From Plasmodiophora brassicae (taxonomy: Eukaryota): a stretch of DNA of 64,000 nucleotides. A model generated the notes under the pieces. That model ran no database searches and was not told where the DNA came from. It saw nothing but the letters and a program-made list of their open reading frames with translations. A program made the translations under genes and the position numbers. The stretch's first letter is position 1; each line of letters opens with the position of its first letter. Location: positions 1,550,001 through 1,614,000 of the forward strand of contig CP145412.1 of assembly GCA_036867785.1 (NCBI GenBank). Direction: 5' to 3'. Below, in pieces: positions 56,630-64,000 of the stretch.

Positions 56630-59296
56630 ATGACAACTATCCGTCCTGCCCTGTTCGTTTCGCTCCTGTTCGCCCCGCTGGCCAGCGCGTTCCAGAACCT
56701 GTCGCAGTGTGCGATCTGCGACGGCTCCAATGCCGGCAACGTCGTCATCCAGATCAGCCCCGACGGCTGTACGTGTCCCGGGCGCGTTTGTCTCGACCAT
56801 GTCGATGTGCTGACACTGTCCCACTCCCCACAGCCGTCCTGACAGCGCTGCCCACGCCGGCGTACGTACCGCCTGCCTGCGTGCCTGCCTGCGCACGTGC
56901 TGGGCGTTAACGGTGGGCGCTCGTGCATGACAGGACGTCCGACGAGCAGTTCGTCATGATCATGAACCTGCTGAAGACGCAAAGTCCAACGGCGGCCGTC
57001 CTATACATGGACGTGATCTGGGCGGGCGACATGGCCGGGTACCTGTCCGACCTGGGCACGCTGCTGACCCCGCAGCAGCTGGATGCGCCGATCCCGTTCG
57101 AGCAGGACTACGCCACCGTCAAGGGCGTCCGGGTCGGCGCGCCCTACTTCATCGACACGGGCTTCCTGTACTATCGCAAGGACCTGCTCGCCAAGTACGG
57201 GTACTCGGGGCCGCCGACGACCTGGGACGAGATGGAGGCGATGGCGGCCACGATCCAGGCCGGCGAGCAGGCGCACAACCCGAACTTCTGGGGCTACGTC
57301 TGGCCGGGCGCCGCCACCGAGGGCCTGTCCTGCATCCTGCTGGAGGTGTTCGCGACGCACGGCGCCGGGACGATCGTCGAGGAGGATGGGACCGTGTCGT
57401 TGAACAACCCGCTGGGCCTGGCCGCCCTGACGCGCATGGTCAACTGGATCGGGACGATATCGCCGCCCAGCGTCACCAGCATGAACAACCCGACGTCGCT
57501 GGCCGCGTTCACGGCCGGCAACGCGGCGTTCCATCGCGACTGGCCCGGGGCGCTGTCCACGATCAAGGGGACCTTCGTCGAGCACGTCACCGGGATCACA
57601 CTGGTGCCCAGCAACGGCGGATCGACCAGGCACCACGGGACGCTCGGCGGGTGGATGGTCGGCGTGAACAAGCACGCGGTGGCGCAGGCCCGCGCCGGCC
57701 AGCTGGTCGCCGAGCTAATCAGCGACGCGCACCAGATCGCCGAGTTCTACTCGCACACCAAGATGCCGGTCAGCAGGGACATCTACATGGGCCAGGGGCT
57801 GTGCGCCCCGTCCAACCCGAACGTGACGCAGATCTGCGACGTGGGCACGATCCCGAGCGACTACCTCGTGGCCAGGTGGTCCAAGGTGGCCTCGCCCAAC
57901 TACCAGGCGACGTCGGCGATGGTGTACAGCGCGGTCAACAAGGCCCTGCTCGGGGCCGTATCGCCCAGCGAGACCCTGGCCTTGCTGGAGTGCCAGATCA
58001 CCCTCCGGCTGCATGGTGAAGGCGCCCTGCCGATGCAGTGCCTGACCGAGATCGCGATCAGCACCTGGGCGCTGACCACGAACCTCGTCCTGACCGCCAT
58101 CGCCCTGGTCGTCGTGACGGCGGCCGCCGTCGGCATCGCGGTCCACAGGAACCATCCCGTGATGAAGGCCGCCGCGCCCCTGTTCTGCCTGACGATTTGT
58201 ATCGGCGGCATCGTCCTGCTGGTGTCCAACATCGCGGCGGGCCTGCACCCGGCTCGGTACCCGGGCGCGTGCTGGGCCACGGCCTGGCTGACCTGTATCG
58301 GGTACGTACGTCCGACGACGACAACAACGGTGCCCCCCGTCTGGTGTGTTGTCGATGATGCCGACGGGGCGACGTGCACAGGTTCATGGTCATGATGGGT
58401 GCCCTGTTCGTCAAGCACTGGCGCGTCGGGCAGATCTTCCAGCAGGTGAAGTCGGGCCGGGCCATGGGCGTCGTCAAGATCACCAATGGCGACGTCGCCA
58501 AGCGCGTCGCCCTGCTCGTTGCCCTCGACGTCGTCGTCATCGGCATCTGGATGGGTGCTGACGCGCGCGACCGCCGACGCGGGCAGACCTGGTCTGACAG
58601 GGAACGCTGTACTGTGCAGGCGCCCAAGGGTCCAGCCCGTCCTACGCGCGCGTCATGCAAGCGTCGACCTGCCCGTGCCAGAACGCGGATCTGCATCAGT
58701 TCGTGACGGCGTGCACGCTGAACGCCGGCGGGCTGTGGACCGTCGTCGTCCTGCACGGCATCGTCGTCGTCTGGGGCACTGTCATGGCCATCCACACGCG
58801 TAGCATCCCCATGCTTCTCTTCAACGAATCGGTACGTGGAGGGTGCCGGCGCGGGAGGCAGTACTGCTCGCTGACAGGCAACGCGGGCGTGTCCCCCAGA
58901 AATTCATGGGCCTCACAACGTACAACATCGCGCTGATCATGGTCCTGACCGTGCCCGTGATGGTCATCGCGGAGGCGAACCCGTCCATGCAACTCATGGT
59001 CCGGTCGGTGGCCTGCGTCCTCGTCGTCACCCTGACGATCGTCGTCCTGTTCGGCTACAAATTCTACCTGATCTTCTCCATGACGCCCGACCAGATCACG
59101 TCGCTCACCGTACGTGACGCGCTCGTGGTGCCGGGTCGGTTCGCTTGCTGAGCGCGCCCCGCCCGCGTAGAAACGCACCGTGATGGACGCTGGCACCGCC
59201 GGCAAAGGCGACGACCCCGACGTTGCCGGCGTGTCGGTGGCCGCCTCAGGGCGTCCAACGGCGGCTGGTACGACCAGGCCAAACAACCACCTCTGA
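56630..59296 (+). CDS. Class C (7tm_3/GABA-B-like) GPCR with N-terminal bacterial-type ABC sugar-binding domain (multi-exon)
   Basis: Signal peptide; DVIWAG, APYFIDTGFLYYRKDLLAKYG, PPTTWDEM, EGLSC, TLGGW; then RNHPVMKAAAPLF, ALFVKHWRV..IF, FNES-KFMGLTTYN. Confidence 0.82.
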
Positions 59297-59533
59297 TGCC
59301 CACGTCTACGTTCTCCGGCGACGGACCATTGAGTGACATCCCGGCAACGTCTCGGGACGCCTCCCATCCAGCGCTATCAATAAACAGGACAAGCTGGCTG
59401 TGTGTGCAGCAGCAGGGCCCATGGCCATCACCGTCACGCGACGGGGGGCGATCGATCGAAGCGCGCAGCGTGGTGGCGGGCGACAGAGCTGTTTCGAGCA
59501 GCGCGGAGCGGTGTCGCGCGGGGCCGTCGGCCA

Positions 59534-59860
59534 ATGGCGTCGTCGTGGTCGCCCCCGTCGGACTATGTCGAGGTTGGTCACGCCCGCGCAAGGCAGTGCT
59601 TGTGGCCTGACGTCCCGCCCCAGCAAATGATGGAGTGCAAGCGGAAGCGCGCGCTGACGATCGACAACTGGAAGGGGCTGGCGCTCGGGTTCACGGTCGG
59701 CAACCTGCTGACGGCGCGGGCCGTCCCCCGACACCTGCCGCTGTACGTCCGCCTCCTGCCCATGTTCGCGATGACCTGCGCCGGCATCTACTACGACGAC
59801 AGCTGCGTTCGGCAAGCCTGCCACCACGACATCGTCTGCCGTACGACAACGTCGACCTAG
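59534..59860 (+). CDS. Small hypothetical membrane protein (probable intron)
   Basis: MASSWSPPSDYVE exon plus QMMECKRKR..GLALGFTVGNLL..LLPMFAMTCAGIYY exon. Confidence 0.5.
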   Translation: MASSWSPPSDYVEVGHARARQCLWPDVPPQQMMECKRKRALTIDNWKGLALGFTVGNLLTARAVPRHLPLYVRLLPMFAMTCAGIYYDDSCVRQACHHDIVCRTTTST

Positions 59861-59974
59861 TCAGCAACGTCGACCCACAGGGCCGTCGTGTTTCAATTAA
59901 CGATTCAGCAGCCCCTCCTGTGCGCGCTGGGTCCACCAGTACGGGCGGGGGGCGGCTGTGGAGACACAGCAACG

Positions 59975-62234
59975 CTACCTGCTCGTCGTGTCGAACAGCG
60001 CCGACAGGTCCTTGTCGTATGGCGACCCACGAACGGCGAACACGATGTCGGGCTCGCTGACGGCCAGCTCGATGCCCGGCCGGGGCCTGCCTCTCCTGTC
60101 GACCAGGCGGATGACGTTGGCGTCGGCGAGGCCGTCGATGATCCGGTGCAGGTCGGCGCGCGCCGGCTCCTGACGCCCCTGCTGGGTCGCGATTCGCCCG
60201 TGCCGCCGCACAACGCTGTCGTAGTCGGCGACGTACAGGCCCGTTTGGTGGAGGTCCTGGACGACGGCGCACAGGACGACGAGTTCATGGTAGGACGCCA
60301 TGCGGATCAGCTGGACGGCGACGGTGTCCTCCAGGAGCTTCCTGGCGGCCACGACATGGCTGAACGTCAGCGTCGTGCCCGTGCCGTCCGCCTGTGCCAG
60401 CTCGACGGCCGACTCCATCAGCCGGAGCGCTTGCCGGACGTCGCCGCACGTGCCGGCGACGGTGGCGGCACACAACGAGACGGCGTCGTTGGTGACGTCC
60501 AGGTCGGAGACGCTCCGCAACCTCGACACGATGATCTCCATGATCTGGTCCTTCGTGTACGCCTCGAAGTTGAGGCGCTGGAACCCGAGGCGGCTGAACA
60601 CGCGCGACTCGAGGCGCTCGGGCAGGTCGATCCGGTTGGCAATGGCGATGATGACCAGGCCCGCCGACGGCGTCGACGGCAACCCGAACAGGTTGTACAC
60701 GACGCGGTTCTGCTTGCCCTGGATCAGGTAGTCGAACTCGTCCAGGACGACGACCACAACGGGGGCCTTCTTCTTGCGTCGCCCCTTCACCGACGCCGGC
60801 GAGAAGTACTCCTGTCGGACGCGTCAGCATGTCGTGCGCCACAGGGCGCGGTCGTCGCAGGCGCGGCCAGACCTGCAGGTTCAGCAGCGCCCGCCCGGGC
60901 GACACGTTCCGTTTGGAGGCGCCGATCGCGCTCCACAACGCCGAGTAGACGTGGACGGGCGACTGGAGCTTGAGGGCGTTGATCTCGACGGGCCTGAACG
61001 GGAGCGTCCTGCTCAGCGTGTCGATGACGCGGCGCACCGTGGCCGTCTTGCCCGTGCCCGGCTGCCCGCTGACGTACAGGCCGGCCCCGTACCCGCCCAC
61101 CCGAACCGCATCGGTGATGAACTGTTGGATCTCGGCGAACTCCAGGTCGCGACACGGGAGCGACGTCGGCGCCGACGACAGTTGCATGCGCCCGATCGCG
61201 TCCGACACGTCCGCCTCGGCGCGTTGCACGTCGACGACCTCCATGGCATGATCCGCGCCCGCGTCGCTTTCGAGCAGCGGGCGCCGTACCCGGTGGACGA
61301 TGTCGTAGCGATGCCGAAGCAGGTACGCGCTGAAGGCCTTGTTCGTCCTCCGGCCCTTCTTCGTGGCCTTCCTGCGCTCCCCCTCGGCACCGACGCGGAT
61401 CGGGATCGGCGCGCGCCCCACGATCGCATGCAGCGGGACGTCGTACCTCGTCGTCGTCAGCAGCAGCTCGTTGTCGAACATCGCCGTCGGATCGCATCGC
61501 GTCTGGCGCGGTCGCACGAAGAAGTGCACCTGGGCGAGGCTGCCCTTGGCGACGAACAGGACGACGCGGGCCAGGAACGGCCCGTCCTCGTCCGTGGTCG
61601 ACGGCGGCGTGCCCCATAACCTCGTCCGGATCGGTCCGGGAACGGCAGACGGACGCACGACGACGTCGTCGCCGACGCGAAGGTGCAGGGTGCCGATCTT
61701 GGCCGACGACCCGGATTTGGCGATCGACATCGAACGCCGCCGATCGTCGCTGACGGCCGACCCGTCATCATCACCAGCGTCGTCGGCGTCGGCGTCGGCG
61801 ACGGTGAGCTTCGCGATGCGATCGGAGCAGGTCAGCCCTGAATCCGGACAGTGCCACTGGTCGACGGCATCGCCGATGGCCGCCCGATCGGGGACGCAGT
61901 CGGCACAGATGGCCTGCAGGCAGGACCCGCACGGGTACAGGACGCCCGGTTCGTGGCACACGACGCAGACGTCGTCGTTCTCGATCGAGGTCGACGGCAG
62001 CCCAGGCGCTGCGCCCGCATGGGCGTACGTCGACGCCAATAAGGACGCCCACGCGGAGTCGATCGCGTTCGCAGGGGTGGCCGGCGGCGTCGACGGGTCG
62101 CGCCTGGCGCGCTTCGTCGGCGATTCGTCGTCGTCGCGACGTGTCGAGCGCCGCGACGGCGTCTGGCAACGGCGTCCGTCCGAGTGCACGGCCGGGACGG
62201 CACGCAGCGACGACGTCTTCTTGGACCGCGCCAT
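59975..62234 (-). CDS. ORC1: Origin recognition complex subunit 1 (PHD-like finger, BAH, AAA+, winged helix), 2 exons
   Basis: SLPCRDLEF, LYVSGQPGTGKTATV, VEINALKL, VVLDEFDYL..KQ.VVYNLF, IANRIDLPE, SRLG, GDVRQAL. Confidence 0.92.
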
Positions 62235-62847
62235 TTAGGCGTCGATGCGATTCCCCAGGCGATGGGTTTGGGGACCCGGACCCCCCACAGTCCGCGCCAA
62301 CACCGCCGCGGAGGACGGACAGTACACTCTAGATACAAATGCACGCGATAAAGCCATACAATAGTACTCGTGCACGCGGTAAAGTCATACTATGAATAGT
62401 GTCAGCTTGTCTGTTGACACTCTTTTATGGAATTCGTCACGTTTAGCTTACAGTTCAGGAATTATTTTGAAGTTTTCTGCATCCACGGCTTCCAGTATAT
62501 CCAGAGCGACTCCCGATAGAGACACTGCAGTGCCGAAGGCCGCAACCGCCAGACCCATTGTCCGCAGCCGCGAATCGGGCCACCTGGTTGTCATCCCCAC
62601 GGTGCAGAAACCGGCGACAGTTACTGCCCATCCTGCCAGCACATGCCCCAAATAGTCGCACCGTTACAGCCTTGTCGCATAATACCGAGTACCTATAGTG
62701 GCAAAGTGGATGCTCCGAGGTTCGGTCTTTCGGACGCCTGCGGCACTCGTTTACCACCGTACCCTGTCAGCCGTTCGAAAGGTTCATGCACCCAACTCCC
62801 AAATGAGACGAACAGAAAAGAAGGGCGCCCATTATAAGCAAAACGGA

Positions 62848-63511
62848 TCCGCTGACAGCGCACGGCACATAAAGCCTGCCAAGCAGTTGCCGGCCAGCTG
62901 TTGTTCCCCACAGTCAGTATGGGGGTGTTACACCCCACGCGCGTTACATGGGTGTGGTAGTCGTGCAATGGGGATCCGGTTGATGTCATTTGGGTTTGGG
63001 CGGTGGGCGCGATGACGTCGGGGGACGAGATGAAGACGTCGTCCGAGTGCCGACTCTGTTGGCAGAAGCTGTTCCGCAACGACGAGCGGTGGAAGACGGA
63101 GCTCGCTCGCCGTTCACCGTCCTTGACGGTAGGGACCCACTGAAACGCCTCAAACTGACGTATAATATCATTTGACTTCCAGGCATGCCAGTGGTATTAT
63201 ACGTCACTTGATGCGTTTCAGTGGGTCCCTTCCGTCAGGTTTGGTGAACGGCTCGCGAGCTCGGTCGTCAACCGCTCGCCGTTGCGGAACAGCGTCTGCC
63301 AACATATTGGACACTCGGACGACGTCGTCATCTCGTTCCCCGACGTCATCGCGCCCACTGCCCGAAACCAAATGACATCAACCGGGTTCCCATTGTACGA
63401 CTACCACAGACATGTAACGCCCGTCGGGTGTAACACCCCACTCACTGTGGGGAATTACAGCGGGCCGGCAACTGCACGGCAGGCTATGAGCCGTTTTGCG
63501 CTGTCAGCGGA
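62848..63511. repeat. Long imperfect inverted repeat (foldback, ~325-bp arms, ~20-nt loop)
   Basis: 62848-~63172 is the diverged reverse complement of ~63191-63511 (e.g. TCCGCTGACAGCGCA/TGCGCTGTCAGCGGA; GGGACCCACTGAAACGC/GCGTTTCAGTGGGTCCC). Confidence 0.92.
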
Positions 63512-64000
63512 ATCGCCGCCCCCAGCACCTACGGCGCCGTGACGGCGTTCGTAACTCTGATCGCAGTTGCTCATGCGGCATACCCGACCAGCCGCGACGA
63601 TGCGCCTCATCGGTTATGCGGCACGTCGTCCTCGTGCGTCTGCCCGCTGCCGCCTCCGGACGCTGGCCGGGAATCTCGTGCGGGTGGCGGCCATACGCGA
63701 CAGAAACGGGCCACAACCCTTTGCCGCATATGCGCGATACCGGTCATTGTCATGGTGGGATGCATTTCTCAAGCCGACAGCAGTAGTCTTCCGTGATGGA
63801 ATGTGCCGCGAGGCGCAGCTCCGTGGGCAACATATGGGCGGCGCTCTATTATCGATATTGCGTCGTGTCCAGGACAAGGGCCGGCGCCAGCAACGGTCAA
63901 CCGAGTGTACAACGCTGACAAACAGGACACGTAGATTCAAATCGCATGTGGCGCCCAGGAGGGCCTCGGGTTGCGACGCGGAGCGTGCACAGCCAGGCTG

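Overview
Gene-dense, GC-rich eukaryotic DNA. Short (~50-70 nt) GT-AG introns and tiny intergenic spaces resemble a compact protist genome, possibly a plasmodiophorid (inference only). About 25 host genes are recognisable: TMEM62-like phosphoesterase, SET methyltransferase, PEX11, DTW protein, ELG1/ATAD5-like, AMPK-gamma, Nab2-like, COA5, acyltransferase, BRWD/PHIP-like, ARF, DHHC-type PAT, CaMK-like kinase, B-lectin, ORC1 and others. The main accessory feature is a 12.9-kb Mutator-like DNA transposon (7988-20867) with ~162-bp TIRs and a 9-bp TSD (GTTTTTAAG). It carries a 147/155-bp tandem array bracketed by a 94-bp direct repeat. Its spliced transposase gene reconstructs as GCM-type Zn domain + DDE + AT-hook + two tandem USP-like cysteine-protease domains + PARP-type Zn finger. 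A young, intact Ty3/Gypsy chromodomain retrotransposon (identical 176-bp LTRs, CGCT TSD) splits that gene, and removing it restores the frame exactly. Other notable items: a plant-style PPR-E-DYW deaminase gene with a frame break before the DYW domain, a class-C-type GPCR fused to a bacterial-type sugar-binding domain, two tandem intronless GIY-YIG/zinc-knuckle nucleases, and a ~660-bp non-coding foldback palindrome.
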